The notes: a model not told the origin generated them from the letters alone. 64,000 nt of DNA from an uncultured Candidatus Rokubacteria bacterium (GCA_963758635.1 CAVWWD010000005.1:160001-224000); one strand, 5' to 3'; shown: positions 49,482-59,002, numbered from the stretch's first letter. Made by a program: numbers and translations.

Positions 49482-50168
49482 ATGAGAGCGGGCGGCCGCC
49501 GCGAGCCCGTGGTGACGATCGACGGTCCGGCCGGGGCGGGCAAGTCCAGCGCGGCGCGCGAGCTGGCCCGGCGCCTCGGCTTCAAGCTCCTCGACACCGG
49601 CGCGATGTACCGCGCGCTGGCGTGGGCGGTGCGCGAGGCCGGGCTTCCCGCCGAGGAGAGCCCGCGCCTCGCCGCGTTGCTCGATCGCACGCGGGTCGAG
49701 CTGGACGGCGAGCGCGTCCTCGTCGACGGCCGCGATGTCACCCGGCTCATCCGCGCGCCCGAGATCGGTGAGCTCACCTCGGTCCTCTCCGCCTTCCGGA
49801 TGGTGCGCGAGAAGATGACGCCGCTCCAGCGGGCGCTCGCCGCGGACGGCGGGGTGGTGCTCGAGGGGCGCGACACCGGCAGCGTGGTGTGTCCGGACGC
49901 CGAGGTGAAGTTCTACCTCGACGCCGCGCCCGAGGCGCGGGCCCGCCGGCGCCAGCAGGAGCTGGCCGCGCGCGGCATCGTGCTGGACCTGGCCACGGTG
50001 CGCGACGAGGTGGCGCGGCGCGACCACCAGGACGGCGGCCGCGCGCTCGCGCCGACCACGGTGCCCGCCGGCGCGATCATCGTCGACTCGACGGCGCTGC
50101 CGGCCGCCGAGGTGGTGGAGCGGCTCGTCGAGGCCGTGGAGCGGGTGCGGTGCTGTACGCCGTCCTGA
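49482..50168 (+). CDS. cmk: Cytidylate kinase
   Basis: TIDGPAGAGKSS, LDTGAMYRA, EGRDTGSVV.PDA.VKFYL. Confidence 0.96.
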   Translation: MRAGGRREPVVTIDGPAGAGKSSAARELARRLGFKLLDTGAMYRALAWAVREAGLPAEESPRLAALLDRTRVELDGERVLVDGRDVTRLIRAPEIGELTSVLSAFRMVREKMTPLQRALAADGGVVLEGRDTGSVVCPDAEVKFYLDAAPEARARRRQQELAARGIVLDLATVRDEVARRDHQDGGRALAPTTVPAGAIIVDSTALPAAEVVERLVEAVERVRCCTPS

Positions 50169-50758
50169 AGCCGCTGGTGGTGGCGCTCATGCGCCTGTAC
50201 TTCCGCATGGAGGCGCGGGGCGCGGAGCACGTCCCCTCGTCGGGCGCGGTGCTGCTCGTGTCGAACCACTCGAGCGTGCTCGATCCGCCGATCATCGGCG
50301 GCGCCTGCCCGCGGGCCCTCTGCTTCATGGCCAAGGCCGAGCTGTTCCGGATCCCGCTGCTCGGCGCGCTCATCCACAACCTGAACGCTCGTCCGGTGCG
50401 GCGAGAGGGATCGGACTCGCGGGCCCTGAAGGACGCCCTGCGCGTCCTCCAGGGGGGCGACGCGCTGCTCGTGTTCCCCGAGGGCACGCGCGGCCCGGAG
50501 GGCGAGCTCAGGGAGGCGAAGGCGGGGGCGGGAATGCTCGCGGTGGCGAGCGGCGCCGCCGTGGTGCCGGTGTACATCCGGGGCACCGGGGGCGCGCTGC
50601 CCCGCGGCCGTATGCTGCCGCGCCCGCGAAAGGTCGAGGTGCGGTTCGGGCCGCCGCTCACGTTCCACGCCGGGCCGGCCGAGGGCCGCCGGGACCGCTA
50701 CCGGGAGGCGGCGGGAGAGATGATGCAGGCCATCGCGCGGCTGCGGGACGCGGCGTGA
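50150..50758 (+). CDS. plsC: 1-acyl-sn-glycerol-3-phosphate acyltransferase
   Basis: NHSSVLDP, FMAKAELF, VFPEGTR. Confidence 0.92.
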   Translation: MLYAVLKPLVVALMRLYFRMEARGAEHVPSSGAVLLVSNHSSVLDPPIIGGACPRALCFMAKAELFRIPLLGALIHNLNARPVRREGSDSRALKDALRVLQGGDALLVFPEGTRGPEGELREAKAGAGMLAVASGAAVVPVYIRGTGGALPRGRMLPRPRKVEVRFGPPLTFHAGPAEGRRDRYREAAGEMMQAIARLRDAA

Positions 50759-50833
50759 CGGGCGCCACCCCGGCGCGAGAGCGGACGGCCGATCGGCTGG
50801 ATGCGGATGGTCGGTGGCGGGCCGATACGCAGG

Positions 50834-50862
50834 TTGTGGATGATACGCGGTTGAGCTAGTCT
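50834..50862 (+). promoter_or_regulatory. Candidate promoter for rpsA
   Basis: TTGTGG (50834-50839), 17-bp spacer, TAGTCT (50857-50862); strong SD AAGGAGG before the ATG. Confidence 0.45.
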
Positions 50863-50907
50863 AGCCTGCCCGCGGAGAATACATCTCAAGGAGGAAGTGT
50901 ACGCCGT

Positions 50908-52611
50908 ATGGACAGGGATAACCGGTATCAGCAGACCCTCGCGGGCGCGCCCAAGGAGGTGAGCCAGGCCCCCGAGGAAAGCATGGAGGACTGGTTCACG
51001 AAGGGTGTGTCCGACATCGAGGAAGGCGAGGTCGTCCGCGGGCGCGTCGTCGAGGTGCGGGGGAGCGAGGTGCTCGTCGACATCGGCTACAAGAGCGAGG
51101 GCACGATCCCGATCGAGGAGTTCCGGCACACCGGGCTGCCGAAGGTCGGCGACGAGATCGAGGTGTATCTCGAGGCCAAGGAGGACAACGAGGGCCTCAT
51201 CGTCCTCTCCAAGGACAAGGCGGACAAGATCAAGGTGTGGGACGCCGTGTCGCGCTCGTTCGAGAGCGGCACGCCCGTCGAGGGTCGCGTGGTGGAGGTC
51301 GTGAAGGGCGGTCTCGCGGTGGACGTGGGCGTGCGCGCGTTCCTGCCCGGCTCGCAGGTGGACCTGCGCCCGGTCAAGAACCTGGCGTCGATGACCGGCC
51401 AGACCATCCGGGCCAAGGTCATCAAGCTCAACCGCCGCCGGGGCAACGTGGTGCTCTCCCGCCGCGCCGTGCTCGAGGAGGAGCGCGAGGAGAAGAAGAA
51501 GCACACGCTCTCCGTCCTCACCGAGGGCATGGTGCTCACGGGCGCGGTGAAGAACATCACCGACTACGGCGCCTTCATCGACCTGGGCGGCATCGACGGC
51601 CTCCTGCACGTGACCGACATGTCCTGGGGCCGCATCGGCCATCCCTCGGAGATCTTCCAGGTCGGCGACCAGGTCGAGGTGGTCGTGCTCCACTTCGACC
51701 GCGAGACCGGCCGGGTGTCCCTCGGCTACAAGCAGAAGTCCTCCGACCCGTGGGCCGAGGTGGACGATCGCTACCCGGTGGGCGCGAAGGTCAGCGGCCG
51801 CGTGGTGAGCCTCACCAACTACGGCGCCTTCGTCGAGCTCGAGCCGGGCGTCGAGGGCCTCGTCCACGTGTCCGAGATGTCGTGGACGCGCCGGGTCCGT
51901 CACCCGTCGAAGATCGTCAACGTGGGCGATCCCGTCGACGTGATGGTCCTGGACGTGAACAAGGCGACCAAGCGCATCTCGCTCGGCATGAAGCAGGTCG
52001 AGGCCGACCCGTGGACGACCATCGACGAGCGCTACCCCACGGGCACGCGCGTGCAGGGCAAGGTGCGGAACCTCACCGACTTCGGCGCCTTCGTGGAGCT
52101 CGAGCCCGGCGTGGACGGGCTGCTCCACATCTCCGACATGTCGTGGACGCGGAACATCGGGCACCCCTCGGAGCTGCTCAAGAAGGGTCAGCCCATCGAG
52201 ACCGTGGTCCTGAACGTGGACCGCGAGAACAAGCGCATCTCGCTCGGCCTCAAGCAGATCCAGCCCGATCCCTGGGAGCGCGTCGCCCAGCGCTTCCCGA
52301 TGGGCTCGCGCGTGACCGGCAAGGTCGTGCGCCTGACCGACTTCGGCGCCTTCGTGGAGCTGGAGCCCGGGGTGGACGGCCTGCTCCACATCTCCCAGAT
52401 GTCGTCCCGCCCCATCGCCACGCCCGCGGACATCGTCAACGTGGGCGACGAGCTGACGCTGCTCGTGATCCGCGTGGACCCGGCCGAGCGCCGCATCGGT
52501 CTGAGCCTCAAGGAGCTCGCCGCGGCCATCGAGGAGCCGGTGCCGGAGAGCCGCGGCCGCCAGAAGGGCCGCAAGCGGCGGGGTGACGACGACTACGACG
52601 ACGAGGAGTAA
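50908..52611 (+). CDS. rpsA: 30S ribosomal protein S1
   Basis: Repeated S1 domains (DYGAF.DL, GVEGLVHVSEMSW, RISLG.KQ); 567 aa. Confidence 0.98.
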   Translation: MDRDNRYQQTLAGAPKEVSQAPEESMEDWFTKGVSDIEEGEVVRGRVVEVRGSEVLVDIGYKSEGTIPIEEFRHTGLPKVGDEIEVYLEAKEDNEGLIVLSKDKADKIKVWDAVSRSFESGTPVEGRVVEVVKGGLAVDVGVRAFLPGSQVDLRPVKNLASMTGQTIRAKVIKLNRRRGNVVLSRRAVLEEEREEKKKHTLSVLTEGMVLTGAVKNITDYGAFIDLGGIDGLLHVTDMSWGRIGHPSEIFQVGDQVEVVVLHFDRETGRVSLGYKQKSSDPWAEVDDRYPVGAKVSGRVVSLTNYGAFVELEPGVEGLVHVSEMSWTRRVRHPSKIVNVGDPVDVMVLDVNKATKRISLGMKQVEADPWTTIDERYPTGTRVQGKVRNLTDFGAFVELEPGVDGLLHISDMSWTRNIGHPSELLKKGQPIETVVLNVDRENKRISLGLKQIQPDPWERVAQRFPMGSRVTGKVVRLTDFGAFVELEPGVDGLLHISQMSSRPIATPADIVNVGDELTLLVIRVDPAERRIGLSLKELAAAIEEPVPESRGRQKGRKRRGDDDYDDEE

Positions 52612-52629
52612 GGGCACGGGGGGGCGCCG

Positions 52630-53523
52630 CTGAGAGCGGGGCGCGGCCGCACCGTCCTCCTGGCCCTCGGGCTCATCGGGGGCCTGGTCGTCCTCTTCCT
52701 GGTCACCCTGTGGATCCTCGTGGCCGTCCTGGAGGACGGCAGCCTGCCCGGCGGCCCACGCATCGCCCTGGTGCCCCTCGAAGGCATCATCGTGGATGCC
52801 GACGACCTCGTCCGCGAGCTCCGCGCCCACCAGGAGAACCCCGCCGTCCGCGCCGTCGTCCTCAGGATCAACAGCCCCGGCGGGGTGGTGGCCCCAACCC
52901 AGGAGATCTTCGCCGCGGTCCAGCGCCTGCGCGCCGCGGGCAAGCCCGTCATGTCTTCGCTCGGCTCCGTCGCGGCCTCCGGCGGCTACTACGTGGCCAC
53001 GGCCACGGAGCGGATCTACGCGAACCCCGGCACGCTGACCGGCTCGATCGGCGTGGTCATGCAGATGGCCAACGTCGAGGGGCTCCTCAAGAAGGTGGGC
53101 GTCGACTACGTGGTGGTGAAGGCGGGACGCTTCAAGGACGTCGGCAACATGTCGCGCGCGATGACTCCGGAGGAACGCCAGATCCTCCAGACGCTCCTGG
53201 ACGACGTGTACGAGCAGTTCGTGGGCGCCGTCGCCTCCGGGCGCAAGCTCGACCGGGATGCCGTGCGGCGCTTCGCCGACGGGCGCATCTACTCCGGCCA
53301 GCAGGCCCTGGGCCTCAAGATGGTCGACCAGCTCGGCGGCCTCGAGGACGCCATCCTCGCCGCGGGCAAGGCCGCCGGCATCGAGGGGCGGCCCAAGGTC
53401 CTCCTGCCGCGGCGCCGCATCTCGCTCATCGACCTCGTCCGGAACGAGCTCGGTCTGGGGAAGATGACGCCGCTGCTTCCCGCGCTTCCGACGCTCCGGA
53501 CGCCGCTCTACCTGATGGACTGA
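52630..53523 (+). CDS. sppA: Signal peptide peptidase SppA (short 36K type); start probably CTG at 52630
   Basis: RINSPGG, VAASGGYY, TGSIGV, KAGRFKD, DGRIYSGQQA. The in-frame TM segment lies upstream of the first canonical start (52720). Confidence 0.92.
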   Translation: MRAGRGRTVLLALGLIGGLVVLFLVTLWILVAVLEDGSLPGGPRIALVPLEGIIVDADDLVRELRAHQENPAVRAVVLRINSPGGVVAPTQEIFAAVQRLRAAGKPVMSSLGSVAASGGYYVATATERIYANPGTLTGSIGVVMQMANVEGLLKKVGVDYVVVKAGRFKDVGNMSRAMTPEERQILQTLLDDVYEQFVGAVASGRKLDRDAVRRFADGRIYSGQQALGLKMVDQLGGLEDAILAAGKAAGIEGRPKVLLPRRRISLIDLVRNELGLGKMTPLLPALPTLRTPLYLMD

Positions 53524-53562
53524 GGGAGGGGGGGCCGGATGCCTCCTAACCCCTCAACCTTC

Positions 53563-53592
53563 TTGACAATCTCGTCGACCCCATGCTAGCGT
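53563..53592 (+). promoter_or_regulatory. Candidate sigma70 promoter for ihfB
   Basis: Consensus TTGACA (53563-53568), 18-bp spacer, TGn-extended TAGCGT (53587-53592). Confidence 0.65.
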
Positions 53593-53671
53593 TCCCCAAA
53601 ACTGGCAAGGGTCCTCGCCGAGCGGGGAGGGTCCGGCGTCGGGCCGAAGGGCCCATTGGAGGAGCCGGGTT

Positions 53672-53947
53672 ATGACGAAGGCCGATCTGATCGACGAGGT
53701 CTCGAGGCTCTCCAACCTCACCAAGAAGGAGACGGAGCTCATCGTGAACACCGTCTTCGACAACATCACCGACGCCTTGGTGAAGGGGGACAAGGTCGAG
53801 CTCCGTGGGTTCGGCAGCTTCCGGATCCGTCATCGCAACTCCCGCAAGGGCCGCAATCCCAAGACCGGCGACGCGGTCAGCGTGCCGGACAAGCGCGTGC
53901 CGTTCTTCAAGGTCGGCAAGCGCCTGCGGGAGCTGGTCAACACGTAG
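53672..53947 (+). CDS. ihfB: Integration host factor beta / HU-family DNA-binding protein
   Basis: MTKADLI, KVELRGFGSF, GRNPKTG, PFFKVGKRLRE; rpsA-sppA-ihfB gene order. Confidence 0.9.
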   Translation: MTKADLIDEVSRLSNLTKKETELIVNTVFDNITDALVKGDKVELRGFGSFRIRHRNSRKGRNPKTGDAVSVPDKRVPFFKVGKRLRELVNT

Positions 53948-53992
53948 AGCCGCTGATGCGCTGCTGCCGTCCGTTCGCTCGCCGATAACCGA

Positions 53993-54478
53993 GTGGATCG
54001 TCTCTGGGCCCCGTGGAGGATGACCTACGTGTCCACCGCGGGAACGCCCGGCCCCGCCTGCGTGTTCTGCGCCGCGCTCGAGGCGGGCGATGACCGTCGC
54101 GCCCTCATCCTCCGTCGTGGCGCGCGCGCATTCCTGATCCTGAACGCCTTCCCGTACGCGTCCGGCCACCTGATGGCGGTCGTCACCCGTCACGTCGGGA
54201 GCCTCGAGGACGCCACCCCGGACGAGCTGGCCGAGAGCATGGAGCTGGTGCAGAGAGCGGTGCGGGCCCTCCGCTCCGCCTACACGCCCGACGGGTTCAA
54301 CGTGGGGCTCAACCAGGGGCGGGTGGCGGGGGCCGGCGTGCTCGGGCACCTGCACGTGCACGTGGTGCCGCGCTGGAACGGCGACACCAACTTCATGCCG
54401 ATCATCGGCGACACGCGCGTCCTCCCGGAGGCCCTCGACACCACCTACGATCGCCTCTCCGCCGCCCTCGCGTCGTGA
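53993..54478 (+). CDS. HIT-family hydrolase (Ap4A phosphorylase-like)
   Basis: LWAPWRM.Y, CVFC, LNAFPYASGHLM, HLHVHVVPRW.GD.NFM. Confidence 0.92.
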   Translation: MDRLWAPWRMTYVSTAGTPGPACVFCAALEAGDDRRALILRRGARAFLILNAFPYASGHLMAVVTRHVGSLEDATPDELAESMELVQRAVRALRSAYTPDGFNVGLNQGRVAGAGVLGHLHVHVVPRWNGDTNFMPIIGDTRVLPEALDTTYDRLSAALAS

Positions 54479-57102
54479 CCGACGAGTCGCGCATTCCGCC
54501 CGGGCCCGGGGCGAGCACTTCGCCGGGCGCCCCGCCGAGCCCCATGATGCGGCAGTACCGCGAGCTGAAGCAGCGGTACCCGGATCACCTGCTGCTGTTC
54601 AGGCTCGGCGACTTCTACGAGCTCTTCGCGGAGGACGCGCGGGAGGGCGCGCGCCTGCTCTCGATCACGCTCACCGCGCGCCAGGGCATCCCCATGGCGG
54701 GCATCCCGCACCACGCGGCGGACACGTACATCGCGCGCCTGATCCGCGCGGGCCGGAAGGTGGCGGTGTGCGAGCAGATGGAGGCCCCGGGCCGCGGCAA
54801 GAAGCTGGTGCGGCGCGAGGTGGTCCGCGTGGTCACGCCGGGCACGGTGACGGACACGCAGTACCTCGACGGGGCCGCCAACAACTTCCTGCTCGCCGCC
54901 CACCGCGGGCCGGCAAGCCTCGGCGTGGCCCTGGCCGACGTGTCCACCGGCGAGTTCCTCGTGGGCGAGGAGCAGGGCGCGGGCGAGCGCCTCCTCGAGG
55001 CCGCGCTGCTGCGCCGTCCCGCCGAGGTCGTGCTGGGCGCAAGCGCGGATCCGGCGCTCGCCGCGCGGGTCTCGGCCGTGGGCGTCCCCGTCACGCGGGT
55101 CGACGCCGCGTGGTTCGGCGCCCGCGCCGCGCGGGACGCGCTCGCCGCGCAGTTCAGCGCCGCCCCGCTCGAGGCCTGGGGCGTCGGCGCCATGTCGTCG
55201 GGGATCCAGGCCGCGGGGGGCGCCCTCGCCTACCTGCGGGAGACCCAGGGCGACGCGCTCGGCCACCTCGCGGTCCTGGGGCGGCTCGACACCGGCGAGG
55301 CGATGCTACTCGACGAGACCGCGGTGGCGACGCTCGAGCTCTTCGAGACCGCGCAGGACCGCCGGCGCGGCAGCTCGCTCTTCGCGACCGTCGACGAGAC
55401 GTGCACGCCGATGGGCGCGCGGCTCCTGCGCCAGTGGCTCCTGCGCCCGCTGCTCGACCCCGCGGCGATCGGGCAGCGCCAGGACGCGATCGCCGAGCTC
55501 GTCGGGGCGCCGTCGCTTCGCGCCACGCTCCGCCGCCGCCTCCAGGCGATCGGCGACGTGGAGCGGCTGGCCAGCCGCGCCGCGCTCGGCGTGGCGCACG
55601 CCCGCGACCTCGTCGCCCTGCGGACGTTCTTGCGCTCACTGTCCGGCCTCGCCGACGACCTCGGCCCGGTCGCCGCCGGGCTCCTCGTGGCCGCGCGGGA
55701 GGACACGGCGGTCGACCTCGAGCTGGCGCGCCTGCTCGACGAGGCGCTCACCGACGAGCCGCCGCCGACCCTCCGGGAGGGCGGGCTGATCCGCGAGAGC
55801 TGGAGCCCGGAGCTCCGCGAGCTGCGCCACGGCATCGCCGACGCCAAGGAGTGGATCGCCTCCCTCGAGACGCGCGAGCGCGAGCGCACCGGGATCGGCA
55901 GCCTGCGCGTCCGGTTCAATCGCGTCTTCGGCTACGGGATCGAGGTGTCGAACGCCCACACCGCCCGCGTGCCGCCCGAGTACGTGCGCCGTCAGACCCT
56001 GGTGGGCGCGGAGCGCTACATCACCACCGAGCTGAAGGAGCAGGAGAGCCGCGTGCTGGGCGCGGAGGAGCGGATCGCCCGGCTCGAGCTCGAGCTGTTC
56101 GGCCAGGTGCGGGCCCAGGTGGGCGCGCACGCCCAGTCCCTGCTGCGCGCCGCGCGGGCCCTGGCCCTCCTCGACGCCGTCTGCGCCCTCGCCGAGATCG
56201 CGCACACGCGCGGCCACGTGCGGCCGGTGGTCGACGCGAGCCTGGTCATCGACATCGCCGACGGCCGGCATCCCGTGATCGAGACGCTGGGGGACGCGCC
56301 CTTCACCCCGAACGACGTCGCGCTCGATCCATCCTCGAGCCAGGTCGTCATCCTCACCGGGCCGAACATGAGCGGCAAGAGCGTGTTCATGCGGCAGACC
56401 GCGCTCCTCGTGATCCTCGCGCAGACCGGCGCCTTCGTGCCGGCGCGGAGCGCGCGCGTCGGCGTGGTGGACCGCATCCTGACCCGCGTCGGCGCCCAGG
56501 ACAACCAGGCGCGCGGGCAGAGCACGTTCCTCGTGGAGATGGTGGAGACGGCGAGCATCCTGCGCAACGCGACGGCGCGGAGCCTCGTCTTGCTGGACGA
56601 GGTGGGGCGCGGCACGTCGACCTTCGACGGCCTCGCCATCGCGTGGGCGGTGACGGAGGAGCTCCACGAGCGGGGCCGCGGCGCGAAGGTGCTGTTCGCG
56701 ACCCACTACCACGAGCTCACCGCGCTCGCCGACGGGCTGCCGCGCGTGCGGAACTTCCACGTGGCCGTGCGCGAGTGGAACGACGAGATCGTGTTCCTCC
56801 ACAAGGTGCGCCCGGGCGGGACCGACCGGTCCTACGGGATCCAGGTGGCGCGGCTGGCCGGGCTGCCGCCCGCCGTCATCCACCGGGCGCGCGAGATCCT
56901 CGCCGACCTCTCGAGCCAGCGCCGCGGCATGCCGGCGGCGGGGTCGGTATCGGCCGAGGACCCCGTCCAGCTCGGCCTGTTCCCGCCCGCCCACGACCCG
57001 ATCCTCAAGGACCTGGCCGCGCTCGAGATCTCCGGCATGACGCCGCTGGAGGCGCTCAACCTGCTCGCCGAGTGGCAGCGGCAGGTCCGGGCGCGCGCGT
57101 GA
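54475..57102 (+). CDS. mutS: DNA mismatch repair protein MutS
   Basis: PMMRQY, FRLGDFYELF, TGPNMSGKS, STFLVEM, DEVGRGTST, ATHYHEL, SYGIQVA.LAG. Confidence 0.98.
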   Translation: MTDESRIPPGPGASTSPGAPPSPMMRQYRELKQRYPDHLLLFRLGDFYELFAEDAREGARLLSITLTARQGIPMAGIPHHAADTYIARLIRAGRKVAVCEQMEAPGRGKKLVRREVVRVVTPGTVTDTQYLDGAANNFLLAAHRGPASLGVALADVSTGEFLVGEEQGAGERLLEAALLRRPAEVVLGASADPALAARVSAVGVPVTRVDAAWFGARAARDALAAQFSAAPLEAWGVGAMSSGIQAAGGALAYLRETQGDALGHLAVLGRLDTGEAMLLDETAVATLELFETAQDRRRGSSLFATVDETCTPMGARLLRQWLLRPLLDPAAIGQRQDAIAELVGAPSLRATLRRRLQAIGDVERLASRAALGVAHARDLVALRTFLRSLSGLADDLGPVAAGLLVAAREDTAVDLELARLLDEALTDEPPPTLREGGLIRESWSPELRELRHGIADAKEWIASLETRERERTGIGSLRVRFNRVFGYGIEVSNAHTARVPPEYVRRQTLVGAERYITTELKEQESRVLGAEERIARLELELFGQVRAQVGAHAQSLLRAARALALLDAVCALAEIAHTRGHVRPVVDASLVIDIADGRHPVIETLGDAPFTPNDVALDPSSSQVVILTGPNMSGKSVFMRQTALLVILAQTGAFVPARSARVGVVDRILTRVGAQDNQARGQSTFLVEMVETASILRNATARSLVLLDEVGRGTSTFDGLAIAWAVTEELHERGRGAKVLFATHYHELTALADGLPRVRNFHVAVREWNDEIVFLHKVRPGGTDRSYGIQVARLAGLPPAVIHRAREILADLSSQRRGMPAAGSVSAEDPVQLGLFPPAHDPILKDLAALEISGMTPLEALNLLAEWQRQVRARA

Positions 57103-57107
57103 CGTCG

Positions 57108-58919
57108 ATGGCGCGCATCCGCCTGCTGCCCGACACGCTCGTGAACAAGATCGCCGCCGGCGAGGTGGTGGAGCGCCCGGCCTCCGCGGTGAAGGAGCTG
57201 GTCGAGAACGCGCTCGACGCCGAGGCCACGCGCGTCACCATCGACCTGCGTCATGCCGGCACGCAGCTCGTGCGCGTGGTCGACGACGGCGTCGGGATGA
57301 CCGCGGAGGAGATCGACCTCGCCCTCACGCGCCACGCCACGTCGAAGATCGCCAGCGAGGAGGACCTCGAGGCGGTGCGGACCCTCGGCTTCCGCGGCGA
57401 GGCGCTGCCCGCGATCTGCGCGGTGACCCGCTTCTCGCTCGCCTCGTGCCCGCGCGGAGCCACGTCGGGCACGCTCGTGCGCGGCGAGGGCGGCATCGTG
57501 CGCGACCGCCTGGAGGCGCCGGGGCGGACCGGGACCACGGTCGAGGTGGAGGACCTGTTCTTCAACACGCCGGCCCGCCTCAAGTTCCTGAAGAGCGGAC
57601 GCACCGAGCTGGCGCTGATCATGCGCCTGCTGCATGGCATCGCGCTCGCCCATCCCGAGGCGCACCTGGCCGTGACCCACGACGGGCGGGCCGTGCTCAC
57701 CGCGCCGCGAGCCGGCGACCTGCGCGACCGCGCGGGAGCGCTCTACGGGTTCGACCTCGCGGGCAAGCTCCTCGCCGTGGAGCGCCGCGGCGGCGTGCTC
57801 GCGGTGAGCGGGCTCGTGGGCCCGCCGCAGCACGCCCGCGGCAACCGGGACGAGATCACGCTCGTGGTCAACGGCCGGCCCGTCCGCGACACGCTCCTGA
57901 CCCAGACGATCATGGACGCGTACCGGCCGCTGCTCGCGCGCGACCAGTTCCCGGTGGCCGTGCTCCGCATCGACCTGCCCCCGCAGGAGGTCGACGTGAA
58001 CGTGCACCCGACCAAGGCCTGGGTGCGCTTCCGGTCGCCCCGCCTCGTCCAGGAGGCGCTCTTCCTGGCCGTGCAAGCCGCACTCCGCTCGAGCGACGTG
58101 GTGCAGCGCCAGGGCGGCCTCGGCGCTGCCGCGGCCGGCGGGGGCGCGGATCCGGGCCCCGCGGGACTGGCCGCCGAGCCCTACGCCGCCTACGCCGCCG
58201 ATCCCGGCGCGGGCGACCGTCCCCAGGGGCGGCTGTTCGACGACGGGCCGTCCGGGCGCGGGCCGGACCTCTTCGGCGCGGTGGTGGGCCAGCTCCAGGA
58301 CACGTTCATCGTCTCCTCCAGCGAGGAGGAGGTGTTCTTCGTGGACCAGCACGTGGCCCACGAGCGCGTGCTGTTCGAGCGCCTCCAGCAGGACACGCGG
58401 CAGGGCGGCGTCGCGTCGCAGGAGCTCCTGTTCCCGCAGGCCCTCGACCTGCCGCGCGGCCAGGCGAGCCTCCTCGGCGAGTGGCGCGAGACGCTCGGGT
58501 CGCTCGGCTTCGTCCTGGAAGGGTTCGGCGGCGACGCCATCCTGATCCGCGCGGTGCCCGTCGTGCTCGCCGCGCGCGAGCCGCGCCGGCTCATCGAGCG
58601 GCTCCTCGACGAGGTGAGCGCGCCGCTGGCGGGCGACGCCGCGCCGCTCCTCGACCGCGCGCTCGCCTTCGTCGCCTGCCGGGCCGCGATCAAGGCGCCC
58701 GCCCCGCTCGAGCGCGAGGAGATGCGCCGCCTGCTCGCCGACCTCTCCGCCACCACGACCCCCTACTTCTGCCCCCACGGCCGCCCCATCGTCTCCCGCC
58801 TCTCCCTCCGAGAGATCAAGCGGGAATTGAGAAGGACGTGGTGCAGTGCGCAGCGAGCGAGCCGAAGGCGAGCGGAGCGCATATGGAAAATGCAGTGGAA
58901 TCAACCACCAACCAGGTAG
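57108..58919 (+). CDS. mutL: DNA mismatch repair endonuclease MutL; as assembled it reads 25 codons into a downstream element
   Basis: KIAAGEVVERP, RHATSKI, GFRGEAL, DVNVHPTK, endonuclease motifs DQHVAHERVLFE, ACRAAIK, CPHGRP. The MutL-like part appears to end at ELRRTW (58841). Confidence 0.96.
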   Translation: MARIRLLPDTLVNKIAAGEVVERPASAVKELVENALDAEATRVTIDLRHAGTQLVRVVDDGVGMTAEEIDLALTRHATSKIASEEDLEAVRTLGFRGEALPAICAVTRFSLASCPRGATSGTLVRGEGGIVRDRLEAPGRTGTTVEVEDLFFNTPARLKFLKSGRTELALIMRLLHGIALAHPEAHLAVTHDGRAVLTAPRAGDLRDRAGALYGFDLAGKLLAVERRGGVLAVSGLVGPPQHARGNRDEITLVVNGRPVRDTLLTQTIMDAYRPLLARDQFPVAVLRIDLPPQEVDVNVHPTKAWVRFRSPRLVQEALFLAVQAALRSSDVVQRQGGLGAAAAGGGADPGPAGLAAEPYAAYAADPGAGDRPQGRLFDDGPSGRGPDLFGAVVGQLQDTFIVSSSEEEVFFVDQHVAHERVLFERLQQDTRQGGVASQELLFPQALDLPRGQASLLGEWRETLGSLGFVLEGFGGDAILIRAVPVVLAAREPRRLIERLLDEVSAPLAGDAAPLLDRALAFVACRAAIKAPAPLEREEMRRLLADLSATTTPYFCPHGRPIVSRLSLREIKRELRRTWCSAQRASRRRAERIWKMQWNQPPTR

Positions 58920-59002
58920 TACGGCACTGCGAAGCGAGCCAGGCGAGCGGAGCGCACATGGAAACGCTGTGGAACCAACCACCAACCAGGTAGTACGCAC
59001 TG
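58844..59002. mobile_element. Putative MITE-like element: 159 bp, 7-bp terminal inverted repeats, two tandem units
   Basis: Ends CAGTGCG (58844-58850) and CGCACTG (58996-59002); internal direct repeats 58856-58929 and 58933-59002; visibly lower GC than its flanks. The repeat is certain; mobility is inferred. Confidence 0.6.
58958..58993 (+). CDS. Candidate micro-ORF METLWNQPPTR (11 aa)
   Basis: GGAG 5 nt upstream of the ATG; TAG stop; a paralogous copy at 58883-58919 differs by one extra A. Confidence 0.35.
   Translation: METLWNQPPTR

Noticed and set aside
53593..53671. Structured ihfB leader as a riboswitch or ncRNA
   Set aside because: Two small GC hairpins are expected at this GC content; no known family motif recognised.
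54768..58919. 1383-aa ORF suggesting a giant MutL fusion
   Set aside because: The first ~780 codons are an Arg/Gly/Ala-rich off-frame shadow of mutS; MutL starts at ~57108.
58856..59002. CRISPR array interpretation of the mutL-miaA repeats
   Set aside because: Only two adjacent ~75-bp units, no unique spacers and no cas genes.
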